From the NCBI GenBank assembly GCA_963785075.1, contig CAWATW010000006.1, positions 356,412-420,411 on the forward strand: a DNA stretch of 64,000 bases, given 5' to 3'. Of the stretch, positions 1 through 8,828 are shown in pieces. The position numbers and the translations under genes are program-made. The notes under the pieces were generated by a model. The model saw only the letters and a list, made by a program, of their open reading frames with translations, had not been told where the DNA came from and did no database searches. Within the stretch, counting starts at the first letter, position 1. Each line of letters begins with the position of its first letter. Source of the DNA: an uncultured bacterium. GTDB lineage: Bacteria > Actinomycetota > Acidimicrobiia > Spongiisociales > ZC4RG35.

Positions 1-773
1 ATCGGAATGAAGTGGTCTCCCCCGGCCACGACCACCAGGTCTCCATCCACCATCGACCGAGCGATGGTGGCGGCCCAATTCACGTCGTAGGTGTCCGACG
101 CGTCACCCACCATCACGGTTGTCGGAGCGGCAGCGGCGTTCAACAGCCGCGAGGCGCCGTGCCCATGGGCGGTGTCGTAGACCTCAGCCTCGAAATCGGG
201 GTCGCAGGACAACGACACGCCATCGTGGCGGTCGACCAGGCCGTCCTGGAGGTAGCCGGCGAGCGCGTCGGCATGCCAGCGCGAGAACGGCGCTTTGCGT
301 TCGAAGTTCCGGGCCGCCCGATCGCGACTCTCGAAACGACTTCGACGTTTTCGAACGACGTCGGCGAGCGGATACGAAGTCCGACGAACGGGATCGCCGA
401 CCAGAATCGGTTCGGCCAACACCAGTCCATCGAACGATCCTGGCCGGGTGATCTCGGCCATGACGAGGGCGGCGCCGCCCATCGAGTGACCCACACCGAC
501 ATGGATGTCACCGTGGGACGCAAACGCAGACCGGATCTCGATGACGTCGCCGGCCATCGTCCACCACGAAACGGGCAAGGCAGAGCGCTGTGATCGTCCG
601 TGGCCGCGGAAGTCCCACATCACCAGGCGAGCGACTTTCGGGACCAGGAGGTCGACCACCGGCCGCCAGCAGGCACCACAGAAGCCCGTGGCGTGCGACA
701 ACCACACGTCCACTCCGGATCCATCCCCTTCGACCACGGTGACGGCGATCTCGGCGCCATCGAAGGACTTCAC
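1..773 (-). CDS. alpha/beta-fold hydrolase (3' end runs off the window start)
   Basis: Absent from the ORF track because it has no stop in the window. Hand translation of the minus strand from GTG 773..771 gives VKSFDGAEIAVTVVEGDGSGVDVWLSHATGFCGACW..WDFRGHGRS..HVGVGHSMGGAALVMAE (GHSMGG nucleophile elbow). The frame stays open to position 1. The start lies 1 nt after the TGA of the upstream gene. Confidence 0.7.
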   Translation of the reverse strand, partial: MKSFDGAEIAVTVVEGDGSGVDVWLSHATGFCGACWRPVVDLLVPKVARLVMWDFRGHGRSQRSALPVSWWTMAGDVIEIRSAFASHGDIHVGVGHSMGGAALVMAEITRPGSFDGLVLAEPILVGDPVRRTSYPLADVVRKRRSRFESRDRAARNFERKAPFSRWHADALAGYLQDGLVDRHDGVSLSCDPDFEAEVYDTAHGHGASRLLNAAAAPTTVMVGDASDTYDVNWAATIARSMVDGDLVVVAGGDHFIP

Positions 774-774
774 G

Positions 775-1341
775 TCAATTCGACGTCACGTGATGATCGA
801 CGCCCTCGTACAGGTCGACGAAGGTCTCGAGGTCGGACCGCACGTCGTTGGTGATCTCGTCGAAGTAGTACACCTTGGTCCAGGCGACCGCGGCAGCTCG
901 GAACGTGTTCCCATCGTGCTGGATGCCCGAATACGGAGTCATCAACCGGCGAGAACCGGCATCGACGATTTCGGTCAACCCGGCCACGAGATCATCGCAT
1001 CCGTCGGGACAGTCGTAGGTGAAGACCACGCCGCCGTCTTCGAGGTTGTGTATGAAGAGCTCCTGTGGCACCGGCTCCTCGTGCGCTCCCCACTCGGCGA
1101 GGATTCCGAGATGCGGTCCTGACGACGGCGGAGAGGAGTTGTAGGGCGTGTGAGGCTGATCGGGTGCTGAGATGTGGAGGTTCCCGAGGCTCGGGAACGT
1201 GACGCCGGGTGGCTGGGGATCGAAGAACACGATCGCGGCGATCGCTGCGGCGACCACCGCAACAACAGCGAGCGGCTTCCACGGGATCTCCCGGGCTTGC
1301 TCGACGACCTCGGCCTTCTTGGGTGATGCGGGACGCGCCAT
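775..1341 (-). CDS. DUF3105-like membrane-anchored protein
   Basis: ORF track, 188 aa. N-terminal TM segment LAVVAVVAAAIAAIVFF, then HNLEDGGVVFTYDCPDGCDDLVAGL, which I recognise as the DUF3105 pattern. Confidence 0.75.
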   Translation of the reverse strand: MARPASPKKAEVVEQAREIPWKPLAVVAVVAAAIAAIVFFDPQPPGVTFPSLGNLHISAPDQPHTPYNSSPPSSGPHLGILAEWGAHEEPVPQELFIHNLEDGGVVFTYDCPDGCDDLVAGLTEIVDAGSRRLMTPYSGIQHDGNTFRAAAVAWTKVYYFDEITNDVRSDLETFVDLYEGVDHHVTSN

Positions 1342-1401
1342 GATCCTCGGGGTGGTTGAGTCCGGCGAGGATAGTGCCTCGAGTCGATTACCTACCGAGC
1401 C

Positions 1402-2079
1402 TCACGGTCCGCGACCGTCCGGCCATTCCTCTGGCGGGTATTCCTCACCTTGGTTTGCCGACAGACGGGCCATGTAGGCGGCGGCTTCGCTTCGTCGGTG
1501 CATGCCCATCTTGGCGAGCATGTTCGACACGTAGTTCTTCACGGTCTTCTCTGCCAGGAACATCGCCTCGGCGATCTGCCGGTTGGTCTGGCCTTCGGCG
1601 ATGTGCTCGAGAATCGTGCGTTCCTGCGGAGAGAGCCGGGCAAGCACCGGGTCCTCCGGCTCATCACCTCGAAGTCGTCTGAACAACCGCTCGGTCATGT
1701 CGGGGTCGAGGAGCGATTCGCCGCGACCGACACGACGGATCGACTCGACCAGATCCTGGCCTTTGATTCGTTTGAGAACGTATCCGGCGGCGCCGGCGAT
1801 GATGGCCGACATCAGGGCTTCCTCGTCGGCGAACGAGGTGAGAATCAGCACCTTCACCTCTGGGAACCTCTCGCGAATCTCACGGCAGACCTCGACACCC
1901 GACCCATCGGGCAGCCGCACGTCGAGCACGACGATATCCGGATCGTCGAAACCCACCCTTCGCACGGCCTCGGCTGCGGTTGCTGCGGTGCCGACCACTT
2001 CGATGTCCTCGACGGCGTCGAGCATGGCTCGTAATCCTTCTCGGACCACTTCGTGGTCGTCCACCAACAGGACTCTCAT
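1402..2079 (-). CDS. NarL/LuxR-family response regulator, DevR/DosR-like
   Basis: ORF track, 225 aa. REC domain (MRVLLVDDHEVVREGL..VLDVRLPDGSG) plus LuxR HTH (SPQERTILEHIAEGQTNRQIAEAMFLAEKTVKNYVSNMLAKMG). From memory it is colinear with M. tuberculosis DevR, including the MFLAEKTVKNYVS recognition segment. Confidence 0.85.
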   Translation of the reverse strand: MRVLLVDDHEVVREGLRAMLDAVEDIEVVGTAATAAEAVRRVGFDDPDIVVLDVRLPDGSGVEVCREIRERFPEVKVLILTSFADEEALMSAIIAGAAGYVLKRIKGQDLVESIRRVGRGESLLDPDMTERLFRRLRGDEPEDPVLARLSPQERTILEHIAEGQTNRQIAEAMFLAEKTVKNYVSNMLAKMGMHRRSEAAAYMARLSANQGEEYPPEEWPDGRGP

Positions 2080-2187
2080 TCAATCACCTCTGGCGCAAGG
2101 GTAATTGGGCCAGGCGCAAGTGGATACTCACCTGGGCGACAACGCGCTTTCGATGGCAGGACCGGACGCTATTACGATCAGAGTCCC

Positions 2188-3294
2188 ATGGATCGAATGC
2201 CCCTCGACCGTTTCTCGATGCTGATCGAAGCTGCTGCTGCGGTGGCCGGTCAGGTCGAACTCCGCTCGGTGCTGAGGACCACCGTGCGCATGGCAATCGA
2301 GGCCACGGCTGCCTCCTACGGCGCAATCGGAGTTCTGGGAGAGCACGGAACCCTGGTGGACTTCATCTACGAGGGAATGACGCCTGAGGAGGCGGCGCAG
2401 ATCGGACCGCCGCCGGTCGGCAAAGGGGTTCTCGGTGTCTTGATCGAACACCCGGAGCCGATCAGACTCGACCGTATCGCGGACCATCCGAGCTCAGCGG
2501 GTTTTCCCCCCGGCCACCCGCCGATGACAGCGTTTCTCGGGGTTCCCGTTCGAGTAGGCGACCACGTCTTCGGCAACCTCTATCTGTCGGAGAAGGAGGG
2601 GGGGTTCACGGTCGGCGACGAGCAACTGGTGATCGCGCTGGCAGCAGTCGCCGGGTCCGCCGTGTCGGCCTCGCGCCTACATGAGCGCCTGACCCGGGTG
2701 GCGCTGGCCGAAGACCGGGAGCGCTTAGCCCGCGACCTCCACGACTCCGTGATCCAGGATCTGTTCGCGACGGGGCTCGGACTGCAGGGCTTGTCCATGA
2801 GCATCGAGGACGACGGGCAGGCTCGACGCCTGGACGAGGCAATCGAGCGCATCGATCAGGCGATCGCCTCACTTCGCACGTTCATATTCGACATCCGGTC
2901 GTTCGGATCCACCCTTGCCGATCCGGCCCGAACGATCGGCCGGATGGTCGACCGACTCGTCGGGGACCGCCCGATCGAGGTGACCCTCGACGTCGAGCAG
3001 CTGACGTCATGCTCGCCGCAACTGCTCGACGACGTGCTCGCCATCATCAGGGAGTCCGTCTCGAACGCCGTCCGCCACGGTCGGCCTCGGGCCATGACGG
3101 TTTCCGGGCGGATGGGCGATCGCGGCGTGATCCTCGCAGTGTGGGACGATGGTGTCGGATTCGATCAGGCGGAGGTCCGGCGCGGGATGGGCCTCGACAA
3201 CCTCGCTGCTCGCACCGCTGACCGAGCGGGCAGCCTTCAGATCGAAACGGCGCCTGGCGGCGGCACCAAGGTCATGGTCGAGCTTCCGGGCTGA
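2188..3294 (+). CDS. GAF-domain sensor histidine kinase (DevS/DosT-like, single GAF)
   Basis: Lies inside ORF 2053..3294. Start moved to ATG 2188 (MDRMPLDRF). GAF region (FLGVPVRVGDHVFGNLYLSEKEGG), HisKA_3 (RERLARDLHDSVIQDLF) and HATPase_c (WDDGVGF..GMGLDNL). Divergent from the response regulator gene. Confidence 0.8.
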   Translation: MDRMPLDRFSMLIEAAAAVAGQVELRSVLRTTVRMAIEATAASYGAIGVLGEHGTLVDFIYEGMTPEEAAQIGPPPVGKGVLGVLIEHPEPIRLDRIADHPSSAGFPPGHPPMTAFLGVPVRVGDHVFGNLYLSEKEGGFTVGDEQLVIALAAVAGSAVSASRLHERLTRVALAEDRERLARDLHDSVIQDLFATGLGLQGLSMSIEDDGQARRLDEAIERIDQAIASLRTFIFDIRSFGSTLADPARTIGRMVDRLVGDRPIEVTLDVEQLTSCSPQLLDDVLAIIRESVSNAVRHGRPRAMTVSGRMGDRGVILAVWDDGVGFDQAEVRRGMGLDNLAARTADRAGSLQIETAPGGGTKVMVELPG

Positions 3295-3757
3295 TCATCG
3301 GATCCGGTGCCAGGACCTTGGTCTCCACGACCACCGCCTCGGACAAGCGTTCGAGGAAGTTCCGCACGGTGGATTCTGCGACCCGATGGAGGGCGAGCCG
3401 GTCGAGCAGGCGACCCACCCCATCGAGTGGCGGCCGATAGCTACCCCTGAACTCGAGGTGGGTGCCGGATGCACCGAGTGGGGACACGACGACTTCGGCG
3501 TCCATCCGGGGAAACAGCCGCGTGACCGTAGATGCGATCCACGACATCGGGATGGTCACGGCCTCCAACCCGGCGATGGGCTCTCCGAGCTGCAGCTCGA
3601 TTGGCGCAGACACGCCTGAGCGGGGGCCCACAGCGAGCTCTTCGCCGCGCTGGAAGGCAGCAGACGCCCACACCTGAAACTCGTCTTCGGCGCTGCTCAA
3701 CATGCGTACGACGAGTTCGAAGGGTCGGGCTATCTCGATGAAGTCATAGACCAGCAT
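3272..3757 (-). CDS. hypothetical protein, tandem paralog B
   Basis: ORF track, 161 aa. Shares the C-terminal pattern G(S/E)YRPP..G..G...DRL.LH.VAE....FLE with the adjacent 3785..4255 product. Last gene of the CBS operon. Confidence 0.6.
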   Translation of the reverse strand: MLVYDFIEIARPFELVVRMLSSAEDEFQVWASAAFQRGEELAVGPRSGVSAPIELQLGEPIAGLEAVTIPMSWIASTVTRLFPRMDAEVVVSPLGASGTHLEFRGSYRPPLDGVGRLLDRLALHRVAESTVRNFLERLSEAVVVETKVLAPDPMISPEARP

Positions 3758-3784
3758 GTCGGGCTCCCCCCACGGGGCAGGTTG

Positions 3785-4255
3785 TCAGATCGGTACACCT
3801 GAAAGGGCATCGAGAGCGGCGGCCGCCTTGCCAAACCGCCGGGTGATCGCCTCGAAGTAGCCGTCGATCGCGGCTTCCGCCACATGATGCAGACCGAGCC
3901 GATCAGCGATGGCCCCCAGGGCACCCGCCGGCGGCCGGTACTCGCCTTCCAGGGCGAGACTCACTCCGCCACTGTGCACCGCGACGACCTCGATCTCCGC
4001 GCTCAGAACAGGGAACGAATCGGATTCTGGATCGGCCTCGATCGTGAACGGGACGACGGCCATCTCGAGCGGCGCGTCCATCACCACCAGTTCACCACAC
4101 ACGACTCGAATCGGGTGCGCCACCTCGAACCCGAAGACATCCACGGACAGCGACGCCGAATCCGAGCCGAGAAGCTCCTGCGGGCAGTCCTCGAGCAGCT
4201 TGACCGCCGAGGCCATCGACACGCCGAGTCGTATCTCACGACTCACCTTCGCCAT
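3785..4255 (-). CDS. hypothetical protein, tandem paralog A
   Basis: Lies inside ORF 3785..4417. Start moved to ATG 4255 (MAKVSREIRL), 1 nt after the CBS gene stop. Contains EGEYRPPAGALGAIADRLGLHHVAEAAIDGYFE, paralogous to 3272..3757. Confidence 0.6.
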   Translation of the reverse strand: MAKVSREIRLGVSMASAVKLLEDCPQELLGSDSASLSVDVFGFEVAHPIRVVCGELVVMDAPLEMAVVPFTIEADPESDSFPVLSAEIEVVAVHSGGVSLALEGEYRPPAGALGAIADRLGLHHVAEAAIDGYFEAITRRFGKAAAALDALSGVPI

Positions 4256-4256
4256 G

Positions 4257-4643
4257 TCAGCCCCCCTTTCCGATCGGCTCCCGCAGGGCCCAGAGAATGT
4301 CCTTGATCGAGACGATGCCCAGCAGTGCCCCATCTTCGACGACGGGGAGGTGGCGATACCCGGTCGCCAGCAGCCACTCGGCGGCGTCTTCGACGTCGAC
4401 CGTCGGGGAGAGCACATCGGGATCCGGGGTCATCCAATCGGCAACCACCTGCTCGGTGGGGTCGGATCCGTCGGCGGCGGCCCGCAGAGCATCACGCTCG
4501 GTGAAGATCCCGACCAGACGGCCCTGATCGACCACACCGATCGATCCGATCCTCTCCTTCACCATGGCCTGTGCCGCCACGGAGACCGTCACGTCGGGTC
4601 CGCAAACGCTGGCGGTTCCACCAACCAAGGTTCTGATTTCCAC
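4257..4643 (-). CDS. CBS-pair domain protein (Hrp1-like)
   Basis: Lies inside ORF 4257..4724. Start set at GTG 4643, preceded by GGAGG 6 nt upstream. Two CBS motifs (IGSIGVVDQGRLVGIFTERD and YRHLPVVEDGALLGIVSIKDIL). Confidence 0.75.
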   Translation of the reverse strand: MEIRTLVGGTASVCGPDVTVSVAAQAMVKERIGSIGVVDQGRLVGIFTERDALRAAADGSDPTEQVVADWMTPDPDVLSPTVDVEDAAEWLLATGYRHLPVVEDGALLGIVSIKDILWALREPIGKGG

Positions 4644-4760
4644 TTCGCACCTCCGTCTCACTCCACATGCTCGCCCGATCCAACCCCCAGGAGCAGGGCG
4701 GAGAGTCATGACTGGCAGGACCAAAGACCCTACGTGAAGGCCTTTTGGATCCCACGGTGT

Positions 4761-7421
4761 TCAATCCCCGGCGGTGGCTGCATCCGGACGGAACCGGCGG
4801 GTCGAGGTCTTGATCAGGTCGATCGCCAGGGCGGGCACGACGGCGGCGACGGCGATCGCAACCCATCCCTCCACGGGGAACGGAGTCGTCTCGAGGAGGC
4901 TCTGACCGATGCTCGTCGAGATCGCCGCTGCGTGAACTGCGAAGGACGCCGCGAGGGACCACAGCAGCCAGGGATTCCGGAGCCTGGTTCTGAACACGGA
5001 AGCGCCTTGGGCTCGGACCGTCAAGGCATGCACCAGCTGTACCGCGACCAGGCCCGTGAATGCCATCGATCGGGTCGTCGACCAATCCATGCCGGTGGCC
5101 ACGCCGTACCCGAACAACGCCAATGGCCCGCATGCCAAGACGGCCCCCTGCCACACCAGGCGACCCTGGTGTGCCAGACCCAGAATGTTGCGATCGAGAT
5201 CCGGTGGCCGTTTCATGATGTCCCGCGCCGGAGGATCGAGACCGAGGGCCAGTGCAGGTAGCCCGTCCGTGACCAGGTTGACCCACAGGAGCTGCACCGC
5301 AACCAGCGGCTCGCCATAGGAGGCGAATAGCAGGAACCCGGCGACCATCACGGTGATCTCGCTGAGGTTGGCGGCCAGCAGGAAGTACGTGACCTTCCTC
5401 AGGTTTGCAAAGATCGCCCGGCCCCGCTCGACGGCAGCGACGATGGTTGCGAAGTTGTCATCGGCGAGCACGACGTCCGATGCATCCTTGGCCACATCGG
5501 TGCCCGAGCCCATTGCGACGCCGATGTCGGCCATGCGAAGGGCCGGTGCATCGTTGACGCCGTCACCGGTCATCGACACCAGTCGACCGGTCTTCTGCCA
5601 CGCCTTGACGATGCGAACCTTGTCGGCAGGCTCGACGCGAGCGAATGCTCCGATCGTTTCGATCCTGCCGGCCAGCTCGTCGTCGTCCATCGCCGCCAGC
5701 TGTCCGTGATCGACCACCGACCTTCCCTGAAGCAACCCGATCTCGTCGGCGACGGCGCTGGCGGTGACGAGGTGGTCGCCGGTGAGCATCACGACGTCGA
5801 TTCCGGCAGTCCGGCAGGTGGAGATCGACTCCTGCGCCTCCGGTCGCGTCTCGTCTGCCATTCCAGCAACGCCCAGCCAGGTCAGGCCACGCTCGGCGTC
5901 CTCGAGTCGCTCAGGGAGCCCATCGAGCACCACCTCTGCCACGGCGATGGTCCTGAGCCCTCCCCGGGCGAGCATCACGACCTCCTCCAGCCTCAGCTCT
6001 CGGCCGGCCTCGTCGAGTGGAAGGTCGCCCTCGGCGCCGGCATACGCAACGGCCAGCGGCGCCACCGCCTCCGGTGCACCCTTCACAGCGACCAACCATC
6101 GATCACCGAATCGGTGGATCGTGACCATACGCTTGCGGTCGGAATCGAAGGCGATCTCGGCGACCCGTGGGTGCGCGCCCCGCAGGGCCGCGAGCTCGGG
6201 TCCCACCCATTCGGCCAGCGCCACTTCCGTCGGGTCGCCGACCAGACCCGCGTCCCCGTGACGTACGTCGGAACAAAGGGCCAATACTCTCCGGATGCGG
6301 GGCTCGGCATCACCACCGTCCGCGTGTGCCATGGCCTGCACCACCATGCGGTTGCGGGTGAGCGTCCCGGTCTTGTCGGTGCAGATGACCTGGGCGGCGC
6401 CAAGGGCCTCGACAGCAGGCAGGCTTCGCACGATGGCCTGCCGCTCTGCCATCGACCGGACCCCACGAGCCAGGGTGATCGTCGTCACGGCGGGCAGACC
6501 TTCGGGAATCGCTGCCACGGCCAGCGCCACCGCCACGAGGAAGAGCGACTGCAGCGTGCCCCCCGAAGCCAGCCCGACCACGAGCACGACCACGGCCGCC
6601 ACACCTGCCAGCAACGTCACACGCCGCCCGATCGCTGCGAGTTCGCGCTGCAGGGGCGTGGGTGGCTCGTCCTCGATGAGCATGCCCGCGATCCGCCCCA
6701 TCTCGGTGCGACGTCCGGTGCCGGTGACGATCGCCCGGCCCCGGCCCGCTGCAACATTCGTCCCGCCAAACACCATCGAGGTGCGGTCGCCCACCATCGA
6801 ATCGGATGGTGCAGGGACTGTGAGCTTCGCGACCGGGAACGACTCACCTGTGAGCGACGATTCGTCGACCGACAGTGCGATCGCCTCGAGCACCCGACCG
6901 TCTGCCGCCAGCCGGTCCCCGGCCTCGAGCACCATGACGTCACCGGGGACGAGGTCCGCGGCCGCGATCGTGACCGCCTTTCCGTCTCGCGTCACGCGCA
7001 CGGTGGGCGCGGCCAACTGCTGAAGTGCCTCCATCGCATCTTCGGCCCGCCACTCTTGCACGAATCCGATGACACCGTTGATCACGACGATCGCAAGGAT
7101 GGCGATCGCCTCCAGCACGTCGCCGAGGACCACGCCGCCCACGAATGCCGCCCCGAGCAGGACCCAGACGAGCACGCTCGTGAACTGCCGCCCCAGAACC
7201 TTCCACGCACTGGGGCGCGAACGACCGTCGAGGACGTTCGGGCCATGGACCTCGAGCCGGTGGCTCGCCTCCTCAGAAGAGAGGCCGTCCTCTCCGGCCG
7301 ACAAGAGCGCGAGAACCGCGTCGACGGTCGAGGCGTGCCAGACGGGCTCGGCCGCCTCGGTGTCCGAGTCGACACTGTCGACAGCTTTCAAGAGTCGGGC
7401 GCGAACTCGATCGCCCCGCAT
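4761..7421 (-). CDS. P-type cation-transporting ATPase (P2/Ca-type, CtpF-like)
   Basis: Lies inside ORF 4761..7595. Start at ATG 7421 with GGAGG 6 nt upstream. Contains ICTDKTGTLT (phosphorylation site), TGDGVNDAPAL and the N-terminal cation-ATPase-N segment (LSSEEASHRLEVHGPN). Confidence 0.9.
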   Translation of the reverse strand: MRGDRVRARLLKAVDSVDSDTEAAEPVWHASTVDAVLALLSAGEDGLSSEEASHRLEVHGPNVLDGRSRPSAWKVLGRQFTSVLVWVLLGAAFVGGVVLGDVLEAIAILAIVVINGVIGFVQEWRAEDAMEALQQLAAPTVRVTRDGKAVTIAAADLVPGDVMVLEAGDRLAADGRVLEAIALSVDESSLTGESFPVAKLTVPAPSDSMVGDRTSMVFGGTNVAAGRGRAIVTGTGRRTEMGRIAGMLIEDEPPTPLQRELAAIGRRVTLLAGVAAVVVLVVGLASGGTLQSLFLVAVALAVAAIPEGLPAVTTITLARGVRSMAERQAIVRSLPAVEALGAAQVICTDKTGTLTRNRMVVQAMAHADGGDAEPRIRRVLALCSDVRHGDAGLVGDPTEVALAEWVGPELAALRGAHPRVAEIAFDSDRKRMVTIHRFGDRWLVAVKGAPEAVAPLAVAYAGAEGDLPLDEAGRELRLEEVVMLARGGLRTIAVAEVVLDGLPERLEDAERGLTWLGVAGMADETRPEAQESISTCRTAGIDVVMLTGDHLVTASAVADEIGLLQGRSVVDHGQLAAMDDDELAGRIETIGAFARVEPADKVRIVKAWQKTGRLVSMTGDGVNDAPALRMADIGVAMGSGTDVAKDASDVVLADDNFATIVAAVERGRAIFANLRKVTYFLLAANLSEITVMVAGFLLFASYGEPLVAVQLLWVNLVTDGLPALALGLDPPARDIMKRPPDLDRNILGLAHQGRLVWQGAVLACGPLALFGYGVATGMDWSTTRSMAFTGLVAVQLVHALTVRAQGASVFRTRLRNPWLLWSLAASFAVHAAAISTSIGQSLLETTPFPVEGWVAIAVAAVVPALAIDLIKTSTRRFRPDAATAGD

Positions 7422-7494
7422 GGACCACCTCCGCTTTTCGACGGTATCCCGCAACCGGAGGCACCCGCAAGTGAGGAAGGTCCCAGCCGGTCGG

Positions 7495-8496
7495 TCAGTC
7501 CGGCGGTTGGAACCGCAGCTCGGTCGCGGGGCTGCGGCCGTGAGCAAAGTCGTCGATGTTCGTCGCGGTCGTCGCTGCGATCTCCTCCAACGCATTCCGG
7601 GTGAAGAACGCCTGGTGACCGGTGACGATCACATTCGGGAATGTCAACAGCCTGCTGAACACGTCATCGTGGATGATCCGGTCAGAAAGGTCTTCGAAGA
7701 ACAGATCGGTCTCTTCCTCGTAGACGTCGAGTCCCAGGTGTCCGACCTTTCCATCCTTCAGCCCCTCGATGACGGCCGGCGTGTCGATGAGGCCACCACG
7801 ACTGGTGTTGATGATCATCACACCGTCTTTCATGACCGAGAGGGTGTGCGAATCGACGAGATGGTGGGTCTCGGGTGTCAGAGGGCAATGAAGCGTGATG
7901 ACGTCGGACTCCTCCAGCAGCCGTTCGAGATCCACGTATTCAACTCCCAGCGCCACACAGTTCGGGTTCGGCTGCACATCGAAGCCGAGGAGTCGACACC
8001 CGAACCCACGGAGAATCTGGGCGACCGTCTGACCGATCTGCCCGGTTCCGACGATGCCGACGGTACGGAGATGGAGATCGAACCCGAGAAGACCCTCGAG
8101 CGAGAAGTTTCCCTCCCGGACTCTGGCATACGCCCGATGGATCCTCCGGTCCAAGGCCAGCATCAAAGCGACCGCATGCTCGGCCACGGCATACGGGGAG
8201 TATCCCGGGACCCTGGCCACCCGGATCCCAACGTCGGCCGCGGCCTTCAGATCCACATGGTTGTAGCCGGCCGAACGCAACACGAGGAAGCGGGTTCCCC
8301 CGGCCGCCAACAGCTCGAGGACCGCCCGCGAGGAGTCATCGTTGACGAAGATGCAGACCGCCTCACACCCCGCCGCCAACCTCGCGGTGTGCACGTCGAG
8401 GCGAGCCTCGAGAAACACGGGCTCGTGCGAGTCGCCGATCGCGGCCCCCAGATGGTCGCGGTCATATCGCTTGGTACTGAACACCGCTACACGCAT
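7495..8496 (-). CDS. ldhA: D-lactate dehydrogenase (D-2-hydroxyacid dehydrogenase family)
   Basis: Lies inside ORF 7495..8640. Start moved to ATG 8496 ([12 protein letters not shown]). From memory it is colinear with E. coli LdhA ([55 protein letters not shown]). The annotated N-terminal extension is a translated DNA repeat. Confidence 0.85.
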   Translation of the reverse strand: MRVAVFSTKRYDRDHLGAAIGDSHEPVFLEARLDVHTARLAAGCEAVCIFVNDDSSRAVLELLAAGGTRFLVLRSAGYNHVDLKAAADVGIRVARVPGYSPYAVAEHAVALMLALDRRIHRAYARVREGNFSLEGLLGFDLHLRTVGIVGTGQIGQTVAQILRGFGCRLLGFDVQPNPNCVALGVEYVDLERLLEESDVITLHCPLTPETHHLVDSHTLSVMKDGVMIINTSRGGLIDTPAVIEGLKDGKVGHLGLDVYEEETDLFFEDLSDRIIHDDVFSRLLTFPNVIVTGHQAFFTRNALEEIAATTATNIDDFAHGRSPATELRFQPPD

Positions 8497-8577
8497 CTGG
8501 GCAGGATCGGGGCTTGCTCCCGTGACCGCAAGTCGGGAGAGGGGCTTTGAGGGCTTCGCACTTCCCTTCCCGAGTGA

Positions 8578-8612
8578 CCAGTCCCCAGTCCCCAGTCCCC
8601 AGTCCCCAGTCC
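8578..8612. repeat. perfect tandem heptamer array (CCAGTCC)x5, equal to (GGGGACT)x5 on the ldhA strand
   Basis: Read directly: ccagtcc ccagtcc ccagtcc ccagtcc ccagtcc. It lies 82-116 nt upstream of the ldhA ATG. Confidence 0.95.
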
Positions 8613-8649
8613 CCGGCGACGCGAGCCACTGCCACACCATCCATCATCA

Positions 8650-8720
8650 CCTGACGCCGCCCAACCCGAACCCACCCGCCGTCAGGACGGCATGCGGGGG
8701 TCTGGGGGTCGCCCCCAGAC
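8650..8720. repeat. ~70-nt intergenic repeat unit, copy 1, ending in a perfect hairpin
   Basis: cctgacgccgccc..gtcaggacggcatgcggggGTCTGGGGGtcgCCCCCAGAC. The 9-bp stem with a 3-nt loop is at 8700..8720. Homologous to 8932..9001. Confidence 0.85.
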
Positions 8721-8828
8721 ATGGCAGTCCCGAGGGCTTCGCTGCGCTCGCGTCTCTGGTCTCCGGTCTCCAGCCGGCGGCATCGCGAACCTCGGCTTCA
8801 CCGATCATCGTGACGTGACGCCGCCCAG

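Noticed and set aside
5706-7604. 632-aa plus-strand ORF, and similar long ORFs at 3909..5261, 10909..12855, 31153..32094, 39360..40820 and 50721..52184
   Set aside because: These lie antisense to or out of frame with genes that have unmistakable motifs (P-type ATPase, ppdK, serA and others). Their products are Arg/Pro/Gly/His-rich low-complexity strings typical of spurious ORFs in high-GC DNA.
8497-8640. N-terminal extension of the ldhA ORF ([24 protein letters not shown]...)
   Set aside because: The [12 protein letters not shown] peptide is just the translated CCAGTCC heptamer array. E. coli-LdhA-like homology begins at [12 protein letters not shown] (ATG 8496).
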